From an uncultured candidate division Zixibacteria bacterium (GTDB lineage: Bacteria; Zixibacteria; MSB-5A5; UBA10806; 4484-95), in assembly GCA_963668625.2 (NCBI GenBank), contig CAXXKA010000008.1, positions 64,001-128,000 of the forward strand: a stretch of 64,000 nucleotides of DNA, given 5' to 3'. Position 1 is the first letter of the stretch. Every line of letters begins with the position of its first letter. Made by a program: the position numbers and the translations under genes. Of the stretch, positions 18,787 through 28,801 are shown piece after piece. The notes under the pieces were generated by a model, which worked only from the letters and a program-made list of their open reading frames with translations, searched no databases and had not been told where the DNA came from.

Positions 18787-21700
18787 ATGAAAGATTCAGA
18801 AAAGTCAAAAGAAGAACTTTTATCAGAGATCAGGCGGCTGAGAAAACAATTAGCCTCGAAAGCTATTTTTGATTCAGTAGAACCGGATTCATACGGCCTG
18901 TGCGATGCCCTGTTGCGCTCCTCCAAGCTTGGTATAGTTATAATAAACGATGATAAAGTAGTATTCGCAAATGGCATTGTCGACTATCTTTTCGGCACCT
19001 CCACCGAGAAACTGGTAGGCTGCGATATCGAGAGATTGTTTAAATATATAGCCCCTGATAATCGCGGTAAAGTTCGTGACGCCTATTATAAATATAAGGA
19101 TGTGGATGAATTTACGTTCGAGTATGATTTTAAAATTATCGATAGCGGAGGAGATTCGAGATGGTTGGGAATTAATGCCCGTTCGATCCAATTCCAGGGG
19201 AAGCTATCCGTACTAGCGATGTTACTGGAAATCACTAAGAGAAAAAACGCCGAGATAGAATTACTGGAAAGCCGGCAGAGATTGGAGCTATCCATAGAAA
19301 GCTCCGGACTGGCGGTCTGGGATCAAAATTTTCAAACCGGCGAAGTAATTAGAAGTAGCCAATGGGCGGAGATGCTCGGGTATAACGCAGAAGAAATCGG
19401 TGATTTGCTCGACGACTGGAAGAATCTGGTTCACCCCGATGATCTTCCTAAGGTTATCGAAATAGCCCGTCAGCATGAAAGTGGCGCAAAACCAGAATTC
19501 AATGTCGAACATCGCATGAAAGCGAAAAACGGCGAATGGCGGTGGATCAGTAATCGCGGTAAAATAATTACCCGCGATATCAGAGGCAATCCAATTCGGG
19601 CACTGGGTACGCATCTGGATATAACCGAACAGAAAATCAATGAAAAGATTCGCGAACAGTCAGAGCAATTCCTTCGGGATATAATCGATTCCATCGAAGT
19701 AGACATTATTATCCGGGATCGAAATGCAAAAATACTTTACGCGGGCAAAGCTTTCGCCGAATATTTCAATTATAAGGTTGACGAAATTATCGGTATCAAT
19801 AATACGATTCTCTGGGAAAGAAACGGCAGGAGTCCCGAGACAGTTAAGGCCTGGTTGGATGAGGATATGCAGGTACTCGATACCGGCCTGCCTTTGGATT
19901 ATGAAGAAGAGACGGACAACGCAAATGGTGAAGTTAAATGTTATAGAACAATAAAAAAGAAAATATATACGCCTGACGGTATACCGGCAGTACTGGTGAT
20001 TTATGAAAATATCACCGAGCGTAAGAGATCGGAAAAAGAGCTCTTGGATAATCAAAGACGTTTGCGGCTGATGGCCGAATCGATCGAGGATATTTTCTGG
20101 ATGTCTGTTCCTGATCTAAGCCGTCATGTTTATGTCAGCCCGGTAATAGCGAAAGTCTGGCAGCAACCTTTCGCACGCTTCCTTGAAAATCCGAAATATT
20201 ATATGAGATCGATCCATCCCGACGATCGCAAGAAGTATGATTCCCTATTAAAACAAACTCATTACCAGGGGAAATCATATGAAGTTGAATACAGAATCCT
20301 GCGCGAAGATGGTTCTATCAGGTGGATTTTAGACAGGGCGTTCCCGGTCACCGGCCCGGATGGCAAAGTCGAGTTCATGGCCGGGCTCTCCTCGGATATT
20401 ACAAAACGTAAAAGAGCGGAACGAGGATTAATAGCCTCCCATGAAATATTGAGACTTGCCAATAAGCACTACAAGATGAAATCCCTGCTGGATGAGGTAG
20501 TGGAGTCATTAAAAAAACTAACCGGTTGCGAGGCAGTCAGTGTCAGGCTTCTGGATGAAGATGGGCAGTCGCCTTATCGTTCCTATACTGGTTTTACCGG
20601 CGAATTCGATGAGCTACAATGTCCTCTATCCGTTCCTCATGAAAAATGCATGTGTATTGATATTATCCGGGAAATTCATGACCCCGATGAATCCTGCCAT
20701 ACGGAGAATGGCTCGTTCTATTTGAATAATATCTCAAAACACATAGCCCGGATGGTAGAAGAGGATAAAAACCAACCGCGAATCGGCTGCAATAAATACG
20801 GCTATGAATCGGTAGCGCTGATTCCGATCAAGGTTGACCGCAAGATTATCGGTTTAATTCACTGTGCGGACCGCAGGGAAAACAACGTTCCCCTGGATAT
20901 GGTAAAGATACTCGAACAACTCGCTACCCAGTTCGGAGCGATTATAGAACGCGTAAAAGCGGGCGAGGCCTTAAGGGAAAGCGAGGAGCAATTCCGTAAT
21001 CTGGTCGAGTCCATGAACGACGGTTTGCTGGTATCCGACAGCAATCTTCGTTTTACTTATATAAACGAAAAAATGGCTGACTTGTTGAAGGTCAATCCGG
21101 CGGATCTCATTCGGCGCAATATCGAGGATTTCCTTGATTCCCGTAATAAAAACATATTGAGAGAAAACTGGGAAAAACGCAAAAAAGGCGGAGTCACTCC
21201 TTACCAGCTTACCTGGCGGGCGGTCGATAACCGCAGCGTAGTTACGATTATATCGCCCAAACCCATGTGGGGACAGAATAACGAGTTCAGAGGCAGCTTC
21301 TCGGTCGTGACCGATATAACCGAAAGAAATCAGGAAGAGCTGATTAATAAGGCCAAATCGAAACTGGCGGATAAACTCAGAAATACCGGTGAAGTTCAGG
21401 AATGCCTTAAGGCGGCATGTAAAGCCCTAGCGGAGGCCGAACTTTTAAAGCATTCTGTTTTTATCCTGGTTGATAACGACAGAAAAATCAGCCATCTTGA
21501 CTACCTGGGAGTAGGCCAAAAAGATATTATTCTGATGAAAAAAGAACTCCCGGAATTAATTAAAAAAATATCTGGGCGCTCGAATAGCTTATCGAGAATA
21601 AGTAATTCATATCTGATTAGTAGCAGCAACGGGCATAATTCAGAAAGGCTATTAACGCCGATCTCCAATCAGATAGTCGACCACACCGGCTGGCTGATAG

Positions 21701-22242
21701 CGGACACGACCTTTTCAGGTAAACGAATCAATCATAAATCAGCCCTATTCATCGAGGATATAGCTGAATATACCGGCAAGAGAATAAACGAGATACTATT
21801 TTTAGGCCATCTCCAGAGAGAAAGACAACTACTCGAGGAAAAAAACGTAGCCCTGCGCGAGGTACTGGCCTCCATCGAGGAGGAGAAAATGGAGATACGC
21901 CACAAGGTAGCCCAGAGAATTGACCAAATGGTAATACCTACTCTTAATAAAATGGTCAATAATGACGGCACGGTTAATCACACCTATTATGATTTGCTGT
22001 CGAGTTCGATAAGGGAACTGGCCGCCTCATCAGGCGGACTAATGCATCTATATTCTCGCCTATCCCCAAGAGAGGTAGAGATTTGCAATCTCATAAAAGG
22101 CGGTTCATCCTCCAAGGAGGTAGCCAAAGCATTAAATTTATCGGTTGCCACAATCCAGAAACACCGTGAAAGAATTCGCCATAAACTGGGCCTGGCTAAC
22201 AAAAATGTTAATTTGACGTCGTTTTTAAAAAATCCAGGCTAA
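18787..22242 (+). CDS. Multi-PAS/GAF one-component LuxR-family transcriptional regulator
   Basis: Five PAS/PAC repeats ending in (D/E/N)IT(E/K)RK-like motifs, a GAF domain, coiled coil LEEKNVALREVL and C-terminal LSPREVEIC...SSKEVA..L.LS..T...HR..IR.KLG HTH; no H-box or receiver domain. Confidence 0.9.
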   Translation: MKDSEKSKEELLSEIRRLRKQLASKAIFDSVEPDSYGLCDALLRSSKLGIVIINDDKVVFANGIVDYLFGTSTEKLVGCDIERLFKYIAPDNRGKVRDAYYKYKDVDEFTFEYDFKIIDSGGDSRWLGINARSIQFQGKLSVLAMLLEITKRKNAEIELLESRQRLELSIESSGLAVWDQNFQTGEVIRSSQWAEMLGYNAEEIGDLLDDWKNLVHPDDLPKVIEIARQHESGAKPEFNVEHRMKAKNGEWRWISNRGKIITRDIRGNPIRALGTHLDITEQKINEKIREQSEQFLRDIIDSIEVDIIIRDRNAKILYAGKAFAEYFNYKVDEIIGINNTILWERNGRSPETVKAWLDEDMQVLDTGLPLDYEEETDNANGEVKCYRTIKKKIYTPDGIPAVLVIYENITERKRSEKELLDNQRRLRLMAESIEDIFWMSVPDLSRHVYVSPVIAKVWQQPFARFLENPKYYMRSIHPDDRKKYDSLLKQTHYQGKSYEVEYRILREDGSIRWILDRAFPVTGPDGKVEFMAGLSSDITKRKRAERGLIASHEILRLANKHYKMKSLLDEVVESLKKLTGCEAVSVRLLDEDGQSPYRSYTGFTGEFDELQCPLSVPHEKCMCIDIIREIHDPDESCHTENGSFYLNNISKHIARMVEEDKNQPRIGCNKYGYESVALIPIKVDRKIIGLIHCADRRENNVPLDMVKILEQLATQFGAIIERVKAGEALRESEEQFRNLVESMNDGLLVSDSNLRFTYINEKMADLLKVNPADLIRRNIEDFLDSRNKNILRENWEKRKKGGVTPYQLTWRAVDNRSVVTIISPKPMWGQNNEFRGSFSVVTDITERNQEELINKAKSKLADKLRNTGEVQECLKAACKALAEAELLKHSVFILVDNDRKISHLDYLGVGQKDIILMKKELPELIKKISGRSNSLSRISNSYLISSSNGHNSERLLTPISNQIVDHTGWLIADTTFSGKRINHKSALFIEDIAEYTGKRINEILFLGHLQRERQLLEEKNVALREVLASIEEEKMEIRHKVAQRIDQMVIPTLNKMVNNDGTVNHTYYDLLSSSIRELAASSGGLMHLYSRLSPREVEICNLIKGGSSSKEVAKALNLSVATIQKHRERIRHKLGLANKNVNLTSFLKNPG

Positions 22243-22248
22243 ATAAAT

Positions 22249-22323
22249 ATTGCGTACAATACGTTACGCAATCCATCATTATTTAAGTAGTATTGACAAG
22301 TATAGATTTATTCCCGATATTAT
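22249..22323 (+). promoter_or_regulatory. Perfect 8-8-8 palindrome upstream of a sigma70-like promoter
   Basis: ATTGCGTA-caatacgt-TACGCAAT at 22249-22272; TTGACA at 22293-22298; GATATT/TATTAT -10 candidates at 22316-22323. Confidence 0.55.
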
Positions 22324-22329
22324 TATAAC

Positions 22330-22411
22330 AAAGGATAGAAATATCAAAGCCCAAGGAAGCTGAGGAGTTAGTGCCAAGGGGGGCGCGCTTTCGACTCGGC
22401 TTTCTTTTTTT
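22330..22411 (+). ncRNA. Candidate small RNA (about 80 nt) with terminator hairpin
   Basis: GATA-GAAA-TATC mini hairpin, three GGA motifs, long stem AAGCTGAG..GTGCC/GGCGC..CTCGGCTT followed by a T-run; no ORF. Confidence 0.35.
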
Positions 22412-22488
22412 GCACAATTTTTCAACTACGGAATCAGGTAAGAATAACCACATTATTACGTTATATTAAGTTGGTTGACGATTAATTA

Positions 22489-23367
22489 TCAGAGCTTATT
22501 CGCAATTAAAACGTAGCTTTCGGTAAAAGGTATCAGCTTTATTTTAAGAATTGCTTTCGCTTTATCAATTACGAGACCACCCTTAAGCGGTCTTTTAGCT
22601 TTTTGAGAAATTTGCGAGGAAGTCGATCTCCGAATGAGATTCGTATCCAGCTTATGGTGTTCGGCGATTATCAGCGCAGCCTGATATCTGGAAAGGTATT
22701 GATCGCCGCTTATATGCAAGATACCTTTGGTATCGTTAAAAGCCACTTCTACCGAGGCTTTCGCCAGGTTCGAGGCCAGGGTCGGATTATTGAACTGATC
22801 ATCAACAACGCTTATACTCTCGCCGCGTTCGAGGCTCTCTTTCACCCAGCTAACGAAATTATTTTTCACACCAATTGCTATGCCGAATAAAACATTGGTT
22901 CGTATAATCAAATAATCAACACCGGAATTCATCAAGATATTTTCCGAATGGAGTTTCGTCAAGCCGTAATAGTTAATCGGCTCGGTTCGATCATCCTCTT
23001 TATATGGCCCCGAGGAGCCGTCGAAAACATAATCGCTGGAATAATGAATTATCTTTTTCACCGGTATCGAAAGCAGATGATTGACCAGTTCGAAATTGAG
23101 TTTATCAGCCAACTCTCTCTCGGTTTCACAACGGTCGACATCGGTTAGAGCGGCGCAGTTGAAAATGTATTCCGGCCCGAAAGCAAGTATAGTCGGTCTG
23201 ATGGATTCGAAACTCGTTAGATCTGCCTGCAGGTAATCGATACCGCAGCTTTCATCAAAAGGATTAGCAGTCTTATCAACTGCCTGAAGGTGGTGTTTTT
23301 CTAGTAATTGCCCGACCAGGTTCTGTCCTAAAAGGCCGGCCGCGCCTGTTATCAGGATTCTACTCAT
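22489..23367 (-). CDS. rfbD: dTDP-4-dehydrorhamnose reductase
   Basis: GAAGLLG, AALTDVDRCE, SSDYVFDG, YGLTK and DQFNNPT motifs. Confidence 0.92.
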   Translation of the reverse strand: MSRILITGAAGLLGQNLVGQLLEKHHLQAVDKTANPFDESCGIDYLQADLTSFESIRPTILAFGPEYIFNCAALTDVDRCETERELADKLNFELVNHLLSIPVKKIIHYSSDYVFDGSSGPYKEDDRTEPINYYGLTKLHSENILMNSGVDYLIIRTNVLFGIAIGVKNNFVSWVKESLERGESISVVDDQFNNPTLASNLAKASVEVAFNDTKGILHISGDQYLSRYQAALIIAEHHKLDTNLIRRSTSSQISQKAKRPLKGGLVIDKAKAILKIKLIPFTESYVLIANKL

Positions 23368-24374
23368 TGGCGGTCTTTATAATGGATATCATAAAATTCG
23401 CGGTATTCACTCGAGCATACACTCCGGCACCAATCAAGGTTGTTTTTGTACCACTCGATCGTTTTTGCCAAACCATCCTCGATATTAACCCGAGGGTTCC
23501 AGCCCAGTTCTCTTTTTATTTTGGAGGCGTTTATGGCATAGCGCAGATCGTGCCCCGGTCTGTCTTTCACGAATGTAACGAGTTCATCGGGTTTGTCCAG
23601 GTTCGCTAGAATAGCTTTTGTCAATTCGAGATTGGAAATCATCATATCACCTGAGATATTGTATATCTCTCCGGTATTGCCCTGCCGAAGAATCGCGAGT
23701 AAGGCTTTACAATTATCCTCCACAAAAATCCAATCGCGGATATTAGAGCCATCCCCGTAAACCGGTAAGCGCTCATCATTAAGCGCTTTAAATATGAAAA
23801 ACGGGATAATCTTCTCGGGGAATTGATAAGCCCCGTAATTATTGCAGGTACGGGTTATCACGATCGGCAGGCCATGAGTTTTATAATATGAATTTACCAG
23901 CAAATCGGCGGAGGCCTTGCTGGCGGCGTAAGGAGAGCTGGGATTAAGCGGATATGACTCATCGGCATAATCAGGCGGCTTAATCGATCCGTACACCTCA
24001 TCGGTGGATATCTGCATGAATTTTCCAACGCCCATCTTTATAGCCCGTTCCAGGAGAATCTGCGTGCCCAACACATTGGTTTTGAAAAATATTTGCGGAT
24101 CGTACAATGATCGGTCGACATGTGTCTCGGCAGCGAAATTCACTACGTAATCGAACCCCCCGGCGAACACCGATTCGACATCCTCCTGATCGGCAATATC
24201 ACCTTTGACGAACTCGTAATTGATATGGCTTTCGATATCGGCGAGGTTCCGTTGGCTGCCGGCATAGGTGAGTTTATCGAAATTAGTAATGTGCCAATCG
24301 GGATGTTCTTTCACCAGGAGGCGAATGAAATTAGAACCGATAAAACCCGCACCACCGGTTACCAGGATTCTCAT
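23364..24374 (-). CDS. rfbB: dTDP-glucose 4,6-dehydratase
   Basis: TGGAGFIGSNF, DKLTYAG, FAAETHVDRS, STDEVYG, PYAASK, DRPGHDLRY. Confidence 0.96.
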   Translation of the reverse strand: MRILVTGGAGFIGSNFIRLLVKEHPDWHITNFDKLTYAGSQRNLADIESHINYEFVKGDIADQEDVESVFAGGFDYVVNFAAETHVDRSLYDPQIFFKTNVLGTQILLERAIKMGVGKFMQISTDEVYGSIKPPDYADESYPLNPSSPYAASKASADLLVNSYYKTHGLPIVITRTCNNYGAYQFPEKIIPFFIFKALNDERLPVYGDGSNIRDWIFVEDNCKALLAILRQGNTGEIYNISGDMMISNLELTKAILANLDKPDELVTFVKDRPGHDLRYAINASKIKRELGWNPRVNIEDGLAKTIEWYKNNLDWCRSVCSSEYREFYDIHYKDRQ

Positions 24375-24386
24375 TGGTAATATCCC

Positions 24387-24848
24387 CTAATGATCTTCAC
24401 GCGCCCAGTCGTAATGTATACTCGGGTCATGCGCCACCAGGCGGTACTCATCGGGCTTATCGTGATCGTATGGCATGGTGGGCGTATTTATGACTATTGC
24501 CTCGGATAACGAGATGCACTTGAAACCATGATACACGACCGCCGGGATCGATATCAGGGTGGGATTATGTATGCCTATGAAGAATTCGTTTATCATCCTG
24601 TATGTCGCCGAATCCTCGCGGGCGTCATAGAGTACCAGCTTAATCATTCCCGAAACCGCGGCGAAATTATCGCGCTGCTTTTTATGATAATGCCAGGCCT
24701 TTATCACGCCGGGGTATGCGGTAGTGAAATAAACCTGCCCGAATTTCTCGAATATCTCGTCATCAACGCGAAGAATTTCAGCCAGGCGGCCGCGCTCATC
24801 GGCAATGACTTTCAGTTTCTTTATCTTTACACCATCGATTAACTGCAT
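24387..24848 (-). CDS. rfbC: dTDP-4-dehydrorhamnose 3,5-epimerase family
   Basis: DERGRL.E, KAWHYH, YHGF cupin motifs; rfb context. Confidence 0.9.
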   Translation of the reverse strand: MQLIDGVKIKKLKVIADERGRLAEILRVDDEIFEKFGQVYFTTAYPGVIKAWHYHKKQRDNFAAVSGMIKLVLYDAREDSATYRMINEFFIGIHNPTLISIPAVVYHGFKCISLSEAIVINTPTMPYDHDKPDEYRLVAHDPSIHYDWAREDH

Positions 24849-24852
24849 TTTC

Positions 24853-25584
24853 CTACTTCTTCCTTAAAGCTTTTTTCCGCACGAAATTAATAGTCTCGTT
24901 ATAGGCATCGATAGACTCGCCGGCATCCGCCCAACCGCCTTTCAATACCGAGTACGTCATCAACCCGGCCTGGATATAGGCATTGTTGACATCGGTAATC
25001 TCCAGCTCGCCGCGTTTGGAGGGCTCTAGCCGTTTGACAATATCGAACACACGGTTATCGTACATATAAACGCCGATAACCGCAAGGTCGGATTTCGGCT
25101 TTTTGGGTTTTTCCACGATATTCATGATTTTATCGCTTTTTACCTCGGCTACGCCGTACTCGGATGGATTTTTCACGCGCTTAAGAATAATTTTCGCGCC
25201 TTTCTCCTGTTTGGCGAACGCGGCGACATCAGCCTTTATGCTTTTCTCGATAATATTATCACCCAGGATAATTACCACTTTCTCATTCCCGGCGAAATAC
25301 TCACACAGGCCAACCGCTTCGGCAATCCCGCCCTCGTTTTCCTGATAGGTAAAATTGAGATGCTTTAAACCGAACTCGTAGCCATTCCCCAGAAGCTTCA
25401 AGAAATCGCCGGCGTTATTACCACCGGTGACTACCATAATTTCGCGTATACCGGCCTCGACCAACGTGGTGATGGGATAATAAATCATCGGTTTATCGTA
25501 AACCGGCAAGAGATGCTTATTAGTTATCTTGGTCAGTGGATACAGCCGGGTGCCCAGACCGCCGGCCAGTACGATGCCTTTCAT
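24853..25584 (-). CDS. rfbA: Glucose-1-phosphate thymidylyltransferase (short form)
   Basis: LAGGLGTRLYPLT..NKHLLPVYDKPMI; PSKRGELEITD. Confidence 0.93.
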   Translation of the reverse strand: MKGIVLAGGLGTRLYPLTKITNKHLLPVYDKPMIYYPITTLVEAGIREIMVVTGGNNAGDFLKLLGNGYEFGLKHLNFTYQENEGGIAEAVGLCEYFAGNEKVVIILGDNIIEKSIKADVAAFAKQEKGAKIILKRVKNPSEYGVAEVKSDKIMNIVEKPKKPKSDLAVIGVYMYDNRVFDIVKRLEPSKRGELEITDVNNAYIQAGLMTYSVLKGGWADAGESIDAYNETINFVRKKALRKK

Positions 25585-25683
25585 AGGGCCTCCAATGACC
25601 TAAAGATATACCAGTATGAATGTGTAATCAAGGCATTTATACCGGAACTCATATCGGATATATGCAATGAAGATTTCCTCATA

Positions 25684-25821
25684 GGAGCTATTGAAAAACT
25701 AACATGAGATGGTAGGAATCCTTTCCCGCCACCGGCTATCATGCATTCTGTCGCCGGGAAAGGATAAGCAAAAAACTTCGTCCGCCCAGCGATTCGGGAA
25801 GATACTTTTTCAACAATTCCC
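25684..25821. mobile_element. MITE family A, copy 2 (more degenerate)
   Basis: Ends GGAGCTATTGAAAAACT ... ACTTTTTCAACAATTCCC; core near-identical to 8639-8682. Confidence 0.7.
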
Positions 25822-25946
25822 ATTAGCGATAGTTTATAGTTGAGGTGGTGGGAATACTTTCCCGCCACCTGTATTCCTGCAGTATTTCGCCAGAAAAGGA
25901 TTTCTGTCGACTCCTAGAATCTTTCACGACAATTCCAAAAGATAGC

Positions 25947-26879
25947 TTACTTTTCGCGGGTGTACCACTCGACTACTTTTTTCAAGCCCTCATCGAAATC
26001 GATCGAGACATCATAGTGAAGAATCGATTTGGCTTTGGAGATATCAGCCAGCGAGTGTTTGACATCACCCTTTTTCTCCGGCCCGTGAATCGGTTCGACA
26101 TTAACGCCCATGATATCGCAGAGTTTGGTTACCAGGTCGTTAAGGGTATAGGCTTTATTGCAGGCGATATTAAATATATTCCCCGCGGCATCTTTCTTTT
26201 CGCAAGCGAGAATATTGGCATTCACCACGTTATCGATATAGGTAAAATCGCGCGAGGTCAAACCATCACCGTGAATCGTAGGTCGTTTTTCCTCTTTGAG
26301 CAGCTTCACGAATATCGGGATAACCGCCGAATATTGCGAGTACGGATTCTGGCGAGGACCGAAGACATTGAAATAACGAATAGCCACGGTCTCCAAACCA
26401 TATAACTGGTAGAAGTTCATGCAATATGCCTCACCGGCCAGCTTGGTTATAGCATAGGGCGATTTCGGCATGGTTTTCATGGTCTCCTCTTTGGGCATAA
26501 TCGGCGAATCACCGTAAACCGAGGAGGAGGAGGCGTACACCATTCGCCTTACATTGTTGTAGCGGGCGGCTTCCAGAAGGTTCAGAGTTCCATTGATATT
26601 GACCTCGGTAGTGGTCAATGGGTTATCGATGGAGCGCGGTACTGACGGCAATGCGGCCTCGTGCAGGATGTAGTCGATACCACGGGTAGCTTTAATCACC
26701 GTCCAGAAATCGCGTATATCGCCTTCAACCAGGTCGATATCATCCTCTATGCCATGAAGGTTTTCCCGTCTGCCCGTAGCAAAGTTGTCAATAATTCTTA
26801 CGAAATAGCCTTTTTCAATCAGCTGGCGGGCAATGTTCGATCCGATAAATCCGGCTCCGCCGGTAACTAGAAACCTCAA
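25947..26879 (-). CDS. NAD-dependent epimerase/dehydratase (WbpP-like UDP-GlcNAc 4-epimerase)
   Basis: GGAGFIGS, AALPSVPRS, YAITK, RYFNVFGPRQ.P.SQYSAVIP. Confidence 0.88.
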   Translation of the reverse strand: MRFLVTGGAGFIGSNIARQLIEKGYFVRIIDNFATGRRENLHGIEDDIDLVEGDIRDFWTVIKATRGIDYILHEAALPSVPRSIDNPLTTTEVNINGTLNLLEAARYNNVRRMVYASSSSVYGDSPIMPKEETMKTMPKSPYAITKLAGEAYCMNFYQLYGLETVAIRYFNVFGPRQNPYSQYSAVIPIFVKLLKEEKRPTIHGDGLTSRDFTYIDNVVNANILACEKKDAAGNIFNIACNKAYTLNDLVTKLCDIMGVNVEPIHGPEKKGDVKHSLADISKAKSILHYDVSIDFDEGLKKVVEWYTREK

Positions 26880-27003
26880 ATTATCCTCCTTTTATCTATC
26901 TCTAACTTAAGGGATACTAACAATTTATTCGGCACAAAAGTGCTATATTTGATATACTATTACAAAAAACAACCAGATTTATACCAATTTTACGATTTGA
27001 TTG

Positions 27004-28044
27004 TTACTTTTTTACCGATTCATGCAATTCAACCGGCCCAAGGTTGATCTCCTGATCTTCTGAATCCGAACGCTCTTTATACAATTTCTTGATACTCAAT
27101 CCCTCTTTAAGCGAGAATAACCATCCTAAAAGCACCGGCGGCAGATAATTGAAGAAATGCAGCACGATCGAAAAACTGAGCGCGGTCTGCTTTTCAATAC
27201 CAAACAGGCCAAGAGCGATAACACAGGCAAACTGAAACATACCGATATTCACCGGGAATATTACAATAGTAACCAGAACGGTATTTATTACCATAACAAC
27301 AACCGAACCCCATAGATCGATTTCCAGGCCAAACGCCTTAATTAGAAGAAATACCATTATTGCCTGAAAACTCCAGGATAATATCGTAAGTCCGGTTACT
27401 AAAAACAGATGCTTCCTGGAGCGAAGCATCTTGAGGCCGTAAATAAAAGTGGCCTCCATCTCTCGCATCTTCTCTCTAAATGAGTTTATCTGTTTGAATC
27501 TGCCTTCTTTTAACTCGGCGCTTGAACCTCCGTGTTTTCGAGACATCCAGAATAAAGCAACAGCCAAACCAATAACGACCAGAGCCCCGATATGCCACCA
27601 GGCTGACATGTCATCGGGTATTACATAGAATGTTGAAACAAGCACAAGCAAAAAGACAAGAACGATAGCATCAAACAATACCTCGAGTACTAAAGAAGTA
27701 AAAGCGAAAGTTTTTTTAATACCCTCTTTTTTTGAGATTAAAATAATCCGTGCTACCTGTCCGGTCAGGGCCGGCATAACAAGGTTCATCATCATACCAA
27801 TCGAGAAGGTCGAGAATATATCCCAGGTACCGATTTTCTTACCCGGATCGATAATATATTTCCATCTCTGTGAACGAGTGAAAGCGATAGCCAGCTCAGA
27901 CACGCTTAAGGGAATTAGATACCAGAAATTAATAGATTTAATTAAACCCCAGACTTCTTCGAAATTGAAATCTCGAAAAAGCCAAATAATCACCGGGAGC
28001 ACAATTATTGACGCCCAGAATCGCTTTCTTTTTAATATGGTCAA
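27004..28044 (-). CDS. Lysylphosphatidylglycerol synthase TM / UPF0104 flippase-like membrane protein
   Basis: R..RW, IG.M.N..P...G...R, E..FD and P..IG.F patterns; multi-TM. Confidence 0.82.
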   Translation of the reverse strand: MTILKRKRFWASIIVLPVIIWLFRDFNFEEVWGLIKSINFWYLIPLSVSELAIAFTRSQRWKYIIDPGKKIGTWDIFSTFSIGMMMNLVMPALTGQVARIILISKKEGIKKTFAFTSLVLEVLFDAIVLVFLLVLVSTFYVIPDDMSAWWHIGALVVIGLAVALFWMSRKHGGSSAELKEGRFKQINSFREKMREMEATFIYGLKMLRSRKHLFLVTGLTILSWSFQAIMVFLLIKAFGLEIDLWGSVVVMVINTVLVTIVIFPVNIGMFQFACVIALGLFGIEKQTALSFSIVLHFFNYLPPVLLGWLFSLKEGLSIKKLYKERSDSEDQEINLGPVELHESVKK

Positions 28045-28045
28045 A

Positions 28046-28801
28046 CTATATCTCCGTCAGCAGGGAGGATCTCATCCAGCCTTTCAACCCATTGCGGAGT
28101 TCAACCAGGTAATAGCCCTGCCTTTGAGACAAAATCTTAAATTCCAGTCCCTCGTGGCCGGTGAATATCTTTCCGAAATCTTCGCCCGGTCCCTCTCTAA
28201 GCTCGGCTGAGGTCGCGGTCATCACACCCCATTTGGTGTTCTGCTCCCGATCGATCACCGAGTATGTTACGACAGATTCTAAGATAAAAACAATCCCAAG
28301 CAAGATCAACAAATAAGTATGTATCTCGCGACGACCGAACCGGAGTATATACAGAGATAAAATCCCGATTATTAGCCAGAAAACGACCATAGAAAATATG
28401 AAATGCCCCTGCGGCGAAAATAATCCGCTCAGGCCAAACCAGATATTCAGTAAAAACCCGCGAGGCTTCTCCTCGACTTTATCGACCGTGAATTGACGGG
28501 CGTATTCGAGATTCTCCCGGGCCGGATTGAACGAGGGATCGATATTTATCGCGTGACGGTAGGCGGCGATCGCCAGTCCCAGCTTATCCGATTTGAAATA
28601 AGCGTTACCCAGGTTGTGGTATACCTCGGGGGTACGTTTACCTTTTTCCAGAAGTTTCAGGTAGCCGTCCACGGCCCCGGTGTAGTCGCCCTCATCATAG
28701 GCCTTATTCGCCTGAGCCCATAAGATATCATCTCCGAGGGCCGATGAGAAAAAGGCAAATAGCAGCGAAAGCGTTAGTAAGATGAGTATATTTTTTCTCA
28801 T
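28046..28801 (-). CDS. batE: BatE-like TPR plus SH3 protein
   Basis: Signal peptide, TPR (YHNLGNAYFK), two TM helices, SH3b-like LREGPG...GLKGW; last gene of bat operon. Confidence 0.85.
   Translation of the reverse strand: MRKNILILLTLSLLFAFFSSALGDDILWAQANKAYDEGDYTGAVDGYLKLLEKGKRTPEVYHNLGNAYFKSDKLGLAIAAYRHAINIDPSFNPARENLEYARQFTVDKVEEKPRGFLLNIWFGLSGLFSPQGHFIFSMVVFWLIIGILSLYILRFGRREIHTYLLILLGIVFILESVVTYSVIDREQNTKWGVMTATSAELREGPGEDFGKIFTGHEGLEFKILSQRQGYYLVELRNGLKGWMRSSLLTEI

Noticed and set aside
22329-22360. c-di-GMP-I riboswitch (CAAA-stem-GAAA-stem-AAAGCC)
   Set aside because: Lacks the GGCAAA/GACGCAAA core and P2 receptor; no downstream gene on that strand
25581-25868. 95-aa ORF upstream of rfbA
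   Set aside because: Mostly composed of MITE A copy 2; no family features
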